Assembly: GCA_038214755.1 (NCBI GenBank)
Contig: JBBQRQ010000052.1
Coordinates: 1-35,382 of the forward strand
Source of the DNA: Verrucomicrobiota bacterium
GTDB taxonomy: Bacteria; Verrucomicrobiota; Verrucomicrobiia; Limisphaerales; CANJXF01
Direction of reading: 5' to 3'
DNA: 35,382 nucleotides
The notes beneath the pieces are model-generated. The model was given only the letters and a program-made list of their open reading frames with translations, did no database searches and had not been told where the DNA came from. The stretch's first letter is position 1, and the number at the start of each line of letters is the position of its first letter. Position numbers and translations under genes: made by a program. This document shows positions 27,883 through 35,382 of the stretch, piece after piece.

Positions 27883-29327
27883 CACTTTTTCACCAGAGTA
27901 AATCGCTCGATGCGGTAGCCAAGCTTGGCGTCAAATTCTCCGGCGTCGGCTTCGTCAACGGTACGCGGCACATCAACTCGAAATTTCGCGTCGGTCGAAC
28001 GAGCATGCAACAAACACGCAATCAAATCAGCCACATCTTCGTCGTTGTGAATATATTCCCCAACCAGATCAGTGGAGTTCAGACGCGCCCCGCGTTCGCC
28101 GGGCAGTGCAGCTACGAAACGATTGGCACGATTGACCGTCAGCGAATCGCGCATCGTTCCTCCCAATTCAGCCAACGCGCGATCCTGCTGGCGCTGATCG
28201 GAATCTTCCAGCGGTTCAATCTCCCCGCCAACTCGCCGCAAGTGCGGTGTGTAAAGCGATTCCATTCCGCCGATGAGTTTAGCGTCGTGCAATAAAAGCA
28301 CCGGGAAATCAATATTCAATTCATCCAAAGCGGTGAGTCGTTGACCGGCGAAATGTTGATTGAGCGTTTCGAAAAATGTTTGAATGCGTCCGCGATTTTC
28401 ACTGGTCGTTTCTTGCAGATAACGAAAACGCGCTTGGGAACGGCGGGCGAATTCGGCGGTGCGACGATCAATCACATCGGCGAGCGGCTCAACCTGTTCG
28501 AGTAATTCAGCGAGTTCATCCAGACGCAATCGCACTCGCGCCATCGCTGCTTCCGGCGAAAGCGTTGGTTCGCGTCGCATGACCTCAGTCTGCATTTTGG
28601 TTTGAAGATCGGCTTGAGCGAGTTGATCGTTCACCGTTCGTTTCGCTTCGGCCAAACGCGACGGCAATCGCGCATGAACCAGTTGCGCGTAACAGGTGCG
28701 TCCAATTCGTTCGGCGAATTGGTCGAACATCACGGAAAGATTTTCTTTTAACGTTCCAGCGGCAAGCTGCTGCCGCGTATAACGCTCAATGGACTTTTGC
28801 ATTCCGCGCAGTTCAGTAAGACCGGCTTGCAACGTGTCAACGCAACTTTCCACCTGCTCCCACGGCTCCCTGACGAGGGCATCGTGATTGGCGAGCGTCG
28901 TGCAAACATTGACGACCTTGTCTGAAAATATTGCGGCATCAGGAAACGCAATTTTGCGCAATGCCTGCATGACAACGATTCCGTTTGGATCGAAGAAAAC
29001 GATTTTTTGATAATCCGAACGGGCGTCGTCTTCCGCCAGCCAGCCAGCTTGTTTTAAGTAGTCGAAAACCGCGCGGGCTTTGTCTCGAATAGTAGCGGCC
29101 TGTTGCAGTGCTTCATTTTCCGCATCGACTAATCCTCCATGCGCTTCCACCACTTGTTCAATCAAAGCCAAAGCTTCCTCGCGCTCCAAGCCATGATTGC
29201 GTCGAGCCGCTTCGCGTTCCAACGCATCGAGCGTATCCACATAAAGCCGCGCCAATGATCCCGACAACACGCGGAAAAAATCAGGGCGAACTTCGCGGAA
29301 TAATGAGGAAGCTAAGGAGGAACTCAT
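27882..29327 (-). CDS. jetA: Wadjet JetA (DUF5716-like kleisin)
   Basis: LFREVRPDFFRVLSG...LY and L.QAGWL..D winged-helix-like N-terminus. About 480 aa, first gene of the jet operon. Confidence 0.82.
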   Translation of the reverse strand: MSSSLASSLFREVRPDFFRVLSGSLARLYVDTLDALEREAARRNHGLEREEALALIEQVVEAHGGLVDAENEALQQAATIRDKARAVFDYLKQAGWLAEDDARSDYQKIVFFDPNGIVVMQALRKIAFPDAAIFSDKVVNVCTTLANHDALVREPWEQVESCVDTLQAGLTELRGMQKSIERYTRQQLAAGTLKENLSVMFDQFAERIGRTCYAQLVHARLPSRLAEAKRTVNDQLAQADLQTKMQTEVMRREPTLSPEAAMARVRLRLDELAELLEQVEPLADVIDRRTAEFARRSQARFRYLQETTSENRGRIQTFFETLNQHFAGQRLTALDELNIDFPVLLLHDAKLIGGMESLYTPHLRRVGGEIEPLEDSDQRQQDRALAELGGTMRDSLTVNRANRFVAALPGERGARLNSTDLVGEYIHNDEDVADLIACLLHARSTDAKFRVDVPRTVDEADAGEFDAKLGYRIERFTLVKK

Positions 29328-29423
29328 TTCATGCAGACGCGCGTATGCGAACAAAGCGTTTCTTAAAATTTATTCTTCCAATAGGCTGCCATTCGGATTC
29401 ATTTCTGTTTTGTTTCATTCCGC

Positions 29424-29981
29424 TCACTTGCCTTTTGATTTGTCAGCGCGAAACCCAATCAGCCGACGGCCTTCGGGATACGCCCAGCTTGAAGTTTCGT
29501 CGAGTTGGCGCAACGCGGCTAAGATCATCTGGATGTCTTCGCCGTGCAGTTGTTGGTTGCATTCCAGTTCGGCAAGTTTGCGAGCGAGTTCCGCGTAGCG
29601 ACCCGATTCCCGCCGCAACGTCACGAACGCGCGGATGACATGAATGCTCATCTCCACCGCGCGCCGACTGCTGAGAACATTTGCCGCCATGATCGCGCCG
29701 TGCTCGGTGATGGCGTAGGGAAGATATTTCCGGTGCTGGCCGCGTCCGGCGTTTAAGGTCGCAAATTGCGACCTTAAAGAATCGACTTCGTCGGACGTGA
29801 GTTGAAACACAAAGTCATCTGGAAAGCGCTTGGCGTTGCGGCGCACTTGTTCATTCAGTCGTTTCGTCGTCACACCGTAAACGCGCGCGAGGTCAACATC
29901 CAGCATCACGCGTTCTCCTCGTATCTCACGAATCAGCGGCTCGACTGGCTCAACTACCAAAACACTTTTCTTTTTCGCCAT
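29424..29981 (-). CDS. ORF6N domain DNA-binding protein
   Basis: IRGERVMLDVDLARVYGVTTKRLNEQVRRN..RFP.DF.FQLT..E...LRSQFATL....G..R..PYA.TEHG..MAA.VL.S..A. Confidence 0.92.
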   Translation of the reverse strand: MAKKKSVLVVEPVEPLIREIRGERVMLDVDLARVYGVTTKRLNEQVRRNAKRFPDDFVFQLTSDEVDSLRSQFATLNAGRGQHRKYLPYAITEHGAIMAANVLSSRRAVEMSIHVIRAFVTLRRESGRYAELARKLAELECNQQLHGEDIQMILAALRQLDETSSWAYPEGRRLIGFRADKSKGK

Positions 29982-29988
29982 AAAGTTT

Positions 29989-30115
29989 TTTGAAATGCCA
30001 AATTGGCATTTCAAAGTATGCGGTCGCAAATTGCGACCGCTTCCCGTTTCTGTTCAAGGTCGCATTTTGCGACCTTGAACAACGCGCTCTTGATATCGCA
30101 ATTTGCGATATCAAG
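29989..30115. repeat. Array of four related palindromes upstream of the ORF6N gene
   Basis: Palindromes at 29989-30015, 30020-30040, 30051-30081 and 30089-30115, with perfect arms of 13, 10, 14 and 13 bp. All are related to the in-gene palindrome at 29752-29778. Confidence 0.92.
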
Positions 30116-30122
30116 TTGCACC

Positions 30123-31394
30123 TCAGAATTTATTCTTCCGATACGCACCCATCTTCGGCGCGGCGGGATTCACTTCGGGGCCGAAGTAACGCAGGACGAC
30201 GAGCGGTTCGGTTTCGCTCGTGTTCTCAAACGTCACGCCGGATTTCGCGCCGTCTTCGGTGCAGAAATATTCGTCCTCAGTCAGTTCGGTGAAGCGGATG
30301 AGTTTCGGGGAGTTGAGCGGCAGGCCGTTGATCTGGCCGATGCCTTGCACGCAGATGAGACCGTAAGCGCCGTTGTCTTTGATGTTACATTTCACTCCGG
30401 GATCGACGGTCAATTCTTTCGCGGTGAAAAGTTGTTCGCCATCGACTTTGCCGTAAACGATCCAGCGATCGATGAACCCTTCCTCGCGGGTGTCGGCGAC
30501 GGGCACGGGTTCGAGGTAATGATTTTCTTTAAATTTCGGGTCAACGTTTTTTTCCCAGTCGAGTTGCTCCACGATGAAATCCAAATCGCGATGTTTATTC
30601 TTCGGCATGTCTTTGACGAGGAGAGACCATGGAACTTCGCGGCCTTCGACTAGGTTTTGATACATGCCAAAAACGTCGCTGCCCCATTGCGGCTCGTAGG
30701 TGCAGAGCGAACCAGGCGCGTGAAGAATGCAGGGACCAATCAGCCATCCCGAACCGACTTTCAAACGATATGCTTTCGATAGATCAAGGATGCCGTTGTC
30801 GCCTTTGTTCCAATTTTCCAAACATTGGCGGACTTGCGCTTTGGTCGTGCCAGGCTCAAAGCCCATGAACGTGTAAGGAAAATTATTTCCAACGTTGTTG
30901 TGCTGAGGCGGAAAATAATAGGACTCGGGTTTGCCTTCCTGTCCGACAAGTTTGGCCTGCTTCTGCGACTGGTGCATGTGATGGGGAATCGGTCCCATGT
31001 TGTCGAAAAATTTGGAATAGACCGGCCACTTTTTATATTTTTTCCAAATGGAGTTGCCGATGATCGTCGCGCCGCAATCGGCCACGGCTTGTTGAAGTGT
31101 GAAACGTGAACCGCGAACGACCACGTAGCTCAAGCCTTCATCGGGCGTGCGATTTTCATTGGCGGCGGGCGTGGTGGAAGCGAACCAACGTTCGTCGATA
31201 CCACCGCGATTCAACCCGTAGGCATAGGTGTCGTCGGGGTGAAGTTTAAGTCGCAAGCCAGGTTGCAGAAACGAGCGGGGAACCCAGCAGGGCGCCAGGC
31301 GAAGCAATCCTCCCGTCTCGGAAATTTCTCCTTCGACGAGGCTTTTGACGTTTTTGGAAACGGTCTTGAGTTGGGTGATCGTATTGAGGCTCAT
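30123..31394 (-). CDS. Conserved cupin protein, phosphomannose-isomerase type I-like
   Basis: KFFD...PIPHHMH, GKPESYYF and ILHAPG metal-binding-like motifs. Confidence 0.7.
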   Translation of the reverse strand: MSLNTITQLKTVSKNVKSLVEGEISETGGLLRLAPCWVPRSFLQPGLRLKLHPDDTYAYGLNRGGIDERWFASTTPAANENRTPDEGLSYVVVRGSRFTLQQAVADCGATIIGNSIWKKYKKWPVYSKFFDNMGPIPHHMHQSQKQAKLVGQEGKPESYYFPPQHNNVGNNFPYTFMGFEPGTTKAQVRQCLENWNKGDNGILDLSKAYRLKVGSGWLIGPCILHAPGSLCTYEPQWGSDVFGMYQNLVEGREVPWSLLVKDMPKNKHRDLDFIVEQLDWEKNVDPKFKENHYLEPVPVADTREEGFIDRWIVYGKVDGEQLFTAKELTVDPGVKCNIKDNGAYGLICVQGIGQINGLPLNSPKLIRFTELTEDEYFCTEDGAKSGVTFENTSETEPLVVLRYFGPEVNPAAPKMGAYRKNKF

Positions 31395-31481
31395 AAATAA
31401 TGCAGAAGGTACTTTTTAAAATTTGTCGAGCGCTTAAAGCGAGAAAAATTGAAGACGCCGTAGATTGAAGACGCCGTAGAT

Positions 31482-31721
31482 TTATGCTGCCAGAGGGCGA
31501 ACGCTAAGAATTTCGTCGGCGCGCAAAGGCTCCAGCGAGGATTCCGGCACGCATGTCACCGCGATGGTTTCTCCGAGTGCGTTAAAAACTTCAATCGCGT
31601 ATCCTTTCGTCCCATCTGGAGCCTTAACATGGTCCACCAGAGTGACAACATCACCTCGGCGCAAACCATTTCCCGGCACGTCCTCGGTGAGTGCAACTTT
31701 CGTATAAAGTTCAAATTTCAT
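31482..31721 (-). CDS. DUF4926 domain protein
   Basis: VALTEDVP..GLRRGDVVTLVD...GYAIEVFNALGETIAV. Confidence 0.85.
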   Translation of the reverse strand: MKFELYTKVALTEDVPGNGLRRGDVVTLVDHVKAPDGTKGYAIEVFNALGETIAVTCVPESSLEPLRADEILSVRPLAA

Positions 31722-32050
31722 TGCCGTGTTTTGTTCGGGTACAGCGTGACAAACCGCGCCTTGTCTGACAAGGAATCCCTAAGCCAAACCGACCGAACTC
31801 GCAAGATGACGCCGCTCGGTCCTCGCAGATTCGCGTCCACTATGAAGATTTTACCAAATCGACTGGTTTGAATTTCTGTCACCCGTTGCGATAACACTTG
31901 CTCTCGAATCTCGCGTTCCACCAATTCCGGGTTTGCCATTGTGTAGCCAGCGCTGAAGAGCCACGCCGACTTGTCGTCTTCGAGTTGGTGAACTAACAAA
32001 TAATGCGTCAACTTCCTTCGAGCAATCACCGCATCCGCTGGTAGTTTCAC
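31718..32050 (-). CDS. DUF6883-like protein
   Basis: MKLP..AVI...KLTHYLL....DKS..L...GY...N...FG...L.GPSG....VRSVW......RFVTLYP. Coupled to DUF4926. Confidence 0.75.
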   Translation of the reverse strand: MKLPADAVIARRKLTHYLLVHQLEDDKSAWLFSAGYTMANPELVEREIREQVLSQRVTEIQTSRFGKIFIVDANLRGPSGVILRVRSVWLRDSLSDKARFVTLYPNKTRQ

Positions 32051-32054
32051 AAAA

Positions 32055-35000
32055 TTATTTTTTCTTTTTGGAAAAATTCTCCGCGTTGGATTTTCCCACC
32101 GAGTCCATGTAGGCGAGCAAATCCAAAATCTCTTCTTCCGTAAAATTGTTCAGCAACCCTTCCGGCATCGGCGAAAGTTTTGACATCCCGCGCGTGGCCA
32201 CGTCGGATTTTTTTATTTCCACGCGGTCTCCCGTTAATGGATTGGGTTCCAGAATAATTTTGTCATCCGTCTCATCGACAATGCGCCCGACCACATCATC
32301 GCCATCTTTTTTGGTGATGACCGCATTTTGGAATTGCTCGGAAAGAACTTTGGATGGTTCGAGGATTGAATCCAAAATGTCGCGGCGGCTGAATCGGCTC
32401 GACACCACCGTTAACTCCGGCCCGACCGCCCCGCCGTCATTGCCGAAACGATGGCACGCCAGACATTGCGCGTCGGAGAAAGCTGTTTTGCCTTTCTCAA
32501 AATTTCGCCCCGCGCCGACTTTCGACAGAGAGGATTCCAGGTCCGACAGCTTCCATTCCTTCACAAATTTTCGCTCTTTGGACGGCTTGTTGGTGACGCT
32601 TGTCTTCTCTTCCGCGGCCAGCTCTCCCAACTCGGTTCGTTCCGCCGTGCTCAACGCGGCAATCGCGTCCCGGCGGATATTGACCAGATATTTTGGATAG
32701 CTCGCGCCGTCGCCGTATTCGCGGCCCGCTTCTTTGAACCAACGCAAGAGTTCTTCAGGATGTTCGCGGCTGGGACGGAATTCACGCTCGGTTTTAGATT
32801 CGGTCAGAGCAGGATTATTCGTGCCGCCTTTGGTTTGTTGTTGCGCCAGCTTCAGCCACCTAAAATATTTTTTCCGCTGCTCCAGCGTCCAGCCGGTCTT
32901 CACAGTCCGCAGGTAAAAAATATAATACAGTTGGTCCTCCTGCGTTTTGGCCCTTTCGAGAAGCGCCAGGCTCTTGGTAACCACCTCCGGCGCTTCCAAA
33001 TAAACCAGCAACTGACAAAGCTCGTGGTTCAACACGTCACTCGAAGCCGGATAATATTGGTTCAATTTTTCCGTGGCTAACTTCGCGATCTCCGGGGCCG
33101 GTTTGCCCTGCCGAATAAAACTCAATTGGATAATGCGCAGTTTCTCCAGTTTTTGCTCTTCGCTCAGCGAACCGACCGGAAAATTTTTCAACGCGAAAAG
33201 CAATTCGCGTTGCGTTTCTTTACCGCCCATCCGAGCCAGGGCGAGCAGCGCAGTCAAAGCCGCCTTCGGATCTGTTTCCTTCAACGCGCGATCTTTCCAT
33301 AGCGAAACATTTTGGCTTTCAATGGCGATCCGCGCCGCGTAACGAATCCAGCGGTCCTCGCTCGCCAAATGCGGCCAGGCGAAATCGACCGCGTCGGTAT
33401 CCTGTTTGCCGGCGAGAGATTCAAGTCTGTGTCGCAAAGTGCGCGCCTCTTTTGCCGCGTGCTCGGCGGCCATTTCGTCCAGCGTCTTTTTTTGTTTTTT
33501 GGATTTTTTTCCAACATAGGTGACGCGATACAAGCCCGATTGAGTGGCGCGACCGCCGGTGATGAAATACATCGCGCCATCTTTTCCAAAGTCGAGGTCG
33601 GTGACGTTGAGCGGTTTTCCTTTCACGAACGTTTCAAATTCTCCCTCGTAACTCGCGCCGCGCGGTTCCAGATGCACCGCGAAAATCCGGCCGTAAGACC
33701 AGTCCATCGCGAAAAGAGCACGTTGATATTTTTCCGGGAAATTGCTTTTCGTTCCGAACTTCACGCCGGTGGGAGAACCAACGCCGATGTTCACCGCCGC
33801 GGGCAAACTGTCCGCGTAATAATCCGGCCATTTCCCGGAACCGGAACGCCAGCCGTATTCGCCGCCGATGACTGCGTGAATGATTCGCGTCGGGCGATAC
33901 CACGGCAAACCCCAATCCCATTCCATGTCGCTGTCGAAGGCAAAAATTTCTCCCTCAGAATTGAAATCAAAATCGTAGGTGTTGCGAAATCCCCCGAGCA
34001 TTAACTCCCAATTTTTTCCTTCCTTGTCCGTGCGCAAAATGTGTCCGCCCGGCGCGAGAATCCCGACGGCATGGCCGCCCGCGTCCCATTGCCGGGGCAA
34101 AAGTAAATCCTCCTGATAATTTTTATGCGGCGACGTCGCGGAAATTTCTTTCGGCAACTTCGTGTGATTGCCGTTCATCATGTAAATCATTTTGTCGGGC
34201 CCGAGAACCAACGCGTGATAACCATGCTCGCCTTCCCCGGGAATTTTTTTCAAAAAAGTAATTTCGTTTGTGTCGAACCGATCATTTTTATTTTTGTCCA
34301 CGAGCCGATAAAGCCCCGTTCCGTCCGGGCCGTGCGCGTTGGCGTAAAGGCTGTCATGCGCGTAAAGCAAACCCATCGCTTGATGAACCGGCGCGGCAAT
34401 GTTTTCCTTTCTTTCAATTTTTCCAAAGCGATTGAGAGTGACGCGCCAGAGCGGGGCATCGTCAGCTTGCGGAGAAATAATGAGTCGGCCTTTGCCGTCA
34501 ATCGTCATGCAAATCCAGGAGCCTTCACCCGGTTGAGACGACCAAAGTAATTCCGCTTTGAATCCCGGTGAGAGCATGAGGTCGGCGGCGGGCGTCGCTT
34601 TAATTGCTTTGAGAACTTCGCCCCACGGTTCCACGCCATGTTTTCCACGGCTGGTGGCAAAGACCCACTGTTCGCCGGGGACAAAATGTGGCGTTGACCA
34701 ATTGGTTTCTTCCAGCGACGCGGTCTTCCAACTGGTGTCCGTGACGATGTGCCGTTGTTTTTTGCGCGGCAAATCGATTTCCAAACGCGCCAGGATAGCG
34801 GCGTCGCCCGTGGCATTTGTGCCGCGGATCGCGATGACATTTTCACCGCGTTCCAATTTTTTTGTGACGTCGAGATACTTGGCTTCGTTCCAACCTTTGA
34901 CACTGAGAATTTTTTCGCCGTTGATCCAGACATCGATTTCGTCATCGCCGGTCGCCGCGAGCACGGCCTTTTTCGGCGGCTCACTCAACTCAAAAGTTTT

Positions 35001-35132
35001 GCGAAAAAAGCGGACTTCATTGTTGGTCGGGGCCGCGCCGCCGTTCGGATGCCAAATCCATTCGGGAACTTGTCCCTGCGACGCGCTGGAAAAAAATGCG
35101 AACAAAAGAAAAGGGAACGTGGCTTTCAACAT
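32055..35132 (-). CDS. PVC-type heme-binding CxxCH membrane-associated dehydrogenase-like protein
   Basis: Signal peptide MLKATFPFLLF..., N-terminal WIW...RFFRKTF sugar-binding-like domain, propeller GFRN.YD..F...G..F.FDSDMEWD.G.PWYRPTR, helical repeats, CLACH...GPEL and SPMPEGLL. Confidence 0.9.
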   Translation of the reverse strand: MLKATFPFLLFAFFSSASQGQVPEWIWHPNGGAAPTNNEVRFFRKTFELSEPPKKAVLAATGDDEIDVWINGEKILSVKGWNEAKYLDVTKKLERGENVIAIRGTNATGDAAILARLEIDLPRKKQRHIVTDTSWKTASLEETNWSTPHFVPGEQWVFATSRGKHGVEPWGEVLKAIKATPAADLMLSPGFKAELLWSSQPGEGSWICMTIDGKGRLIISPQADDAPLWRVTLNRFGKIERKENIAAPVHQAMGLLYAHDSLYANAHGPDGTGLYRLVDKNKNDRFDTNEITFLKKIPGEGEHGYHALVLGPDKMIYMMNGNHTKLPKEISATSPHKNYQEDLLLPRQWDAGGHAVGILAPGGHILRTDKEGKNWELMLGGFRNTYDFDFNSEGEIFAFDSDMEWDWGLPWYRPTRIIHAVIGGEYGWRSGSGKWPDYYADSLPAAVNIGVGSPTGVKFGTKSNFPEKYQRALFAMDWSYGRIFAVHLEPRGASYEGEFETFVKGKPLNVTDLDFGKDGAMYFITGGRATQSGLYRVTYVGKKSKKQKKTLDEMAAEHAAKEARTLRHRLESLAGKQDTDAVDFAWPHLASEDRWIRYAARIAIESQNVSLWKDRALKETDPKAALTALLALARMGGKETQRELLFALKNFPVGSLSEEQKLEKLRIIQLSFIRQGKPAPEIAKLATEKLNQYYPASSDVLNHELCQLLVYLEAPEVVTKSLALLERAKTQEDQLYYIFYLRTVKTGWTLEQRKKYFRWLKLAQQQTKGGTNNPALTESKTEREFRPSREHPEELLRWFKEAGREYGDGASYPKYLVNIRRDAIAALSTAERTELGELAAEEKTSVTNKPSKERKFVKEWKLSDLESSLSKVGAGRNFEKGKTAFSDAQCLACHRFGNDGGAVGPELTVVSSRFSRRDILDSILEPSKVLSEQFQNAVITKKDGDDVVGRIVDETDDKIILEPNPLTGDRVEIKKSDVATRGMSKLSPMPEGLLNNFTEEEILDLLAYMDSVGKSNAENFSKKKK

Positions 35133-35382
35133 AAGGCGAGATTGGTAAAAGCCGTCCTGGGCTGGGTCAATGGAATTTTTGCTTGCTCGCAGCATTCGGG
35201 TTGAGAAAGTCCAATGAGCTTTCGACATTTTTTCAAAATTCCATTGCAAACTTTTTCCTTAGTTCGTAAAACATCCGCGTCCCGAAAATCATGTAACAAA
35301 AAAACAACTTAAACATTTTGCGAGCTTCAGCCGCAGGTCCGTTCCGAAACTGGTGATTTCACAAGGACTTCAACGCGGCGCT

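Noticed and set aside
29989..30115. CRISPR array or simple terminator
   Set aside because: The units differ from each other, the linkers are only 4-10 bp and there are no cas genes. Four 1-3 nt-loop palindromes matching a coding segment exceed what a terminator explains, though one could also terminate transcription.
35244..35382. Possible promoter and structured leader at the window end
   Set aside because: TTGCAA-N17-TAAAAC is plausible, but the downstream gene is outside the window and I recognised no RNA family.

Overview
Bacterial chromosomal segment, most likely Verrucomicrobiota (inferred from a PVC-type CxxCH heme protein, a prepilin-type '[14 protein letters not shown]' protein and a secreted Ig/lamin-tail protein ending in FYRL). 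From left to right it holds a toxin-antitoxin cluster, clpS-DUF2017-aat, VOC, larC, a Zn-dehydrogenase and tRNA-Asn. Next is a tightly packed six-gene amino-sugar operon (metazoan-like GH84 O-GlcNAcase, its GNAT partner, a DegT aminotransferase, an orphan PTS EIIC, YidR/DUF3748 and an HGSNAT/NagX-like protein), followed by secreted proteins and tRNA-CAT. An ~8 kb defence island (ORF6N, Wadjet jetABCD, aspartic protease) is bounded by a degenerate 55-bp direct repeat taken from the 3' part of the neighbouring cupin gene. The most striking unexplained structure is an array of four different palindromes (21-31 bp) filling the intergenic region upstream of the ORF6N gene. Each is a variant of a palindrome inside the ORF6N coding sequence, and each translates to an alternative version of the same short peptide segment (xSQFATx-like). 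Intergenic DNA is rich in REP doublets, a MITE-like shell carrying REP cargo, heptamer repeats, gene remnants and apparent leaderless promoters. All family calls come from motif recognition, not database searches.
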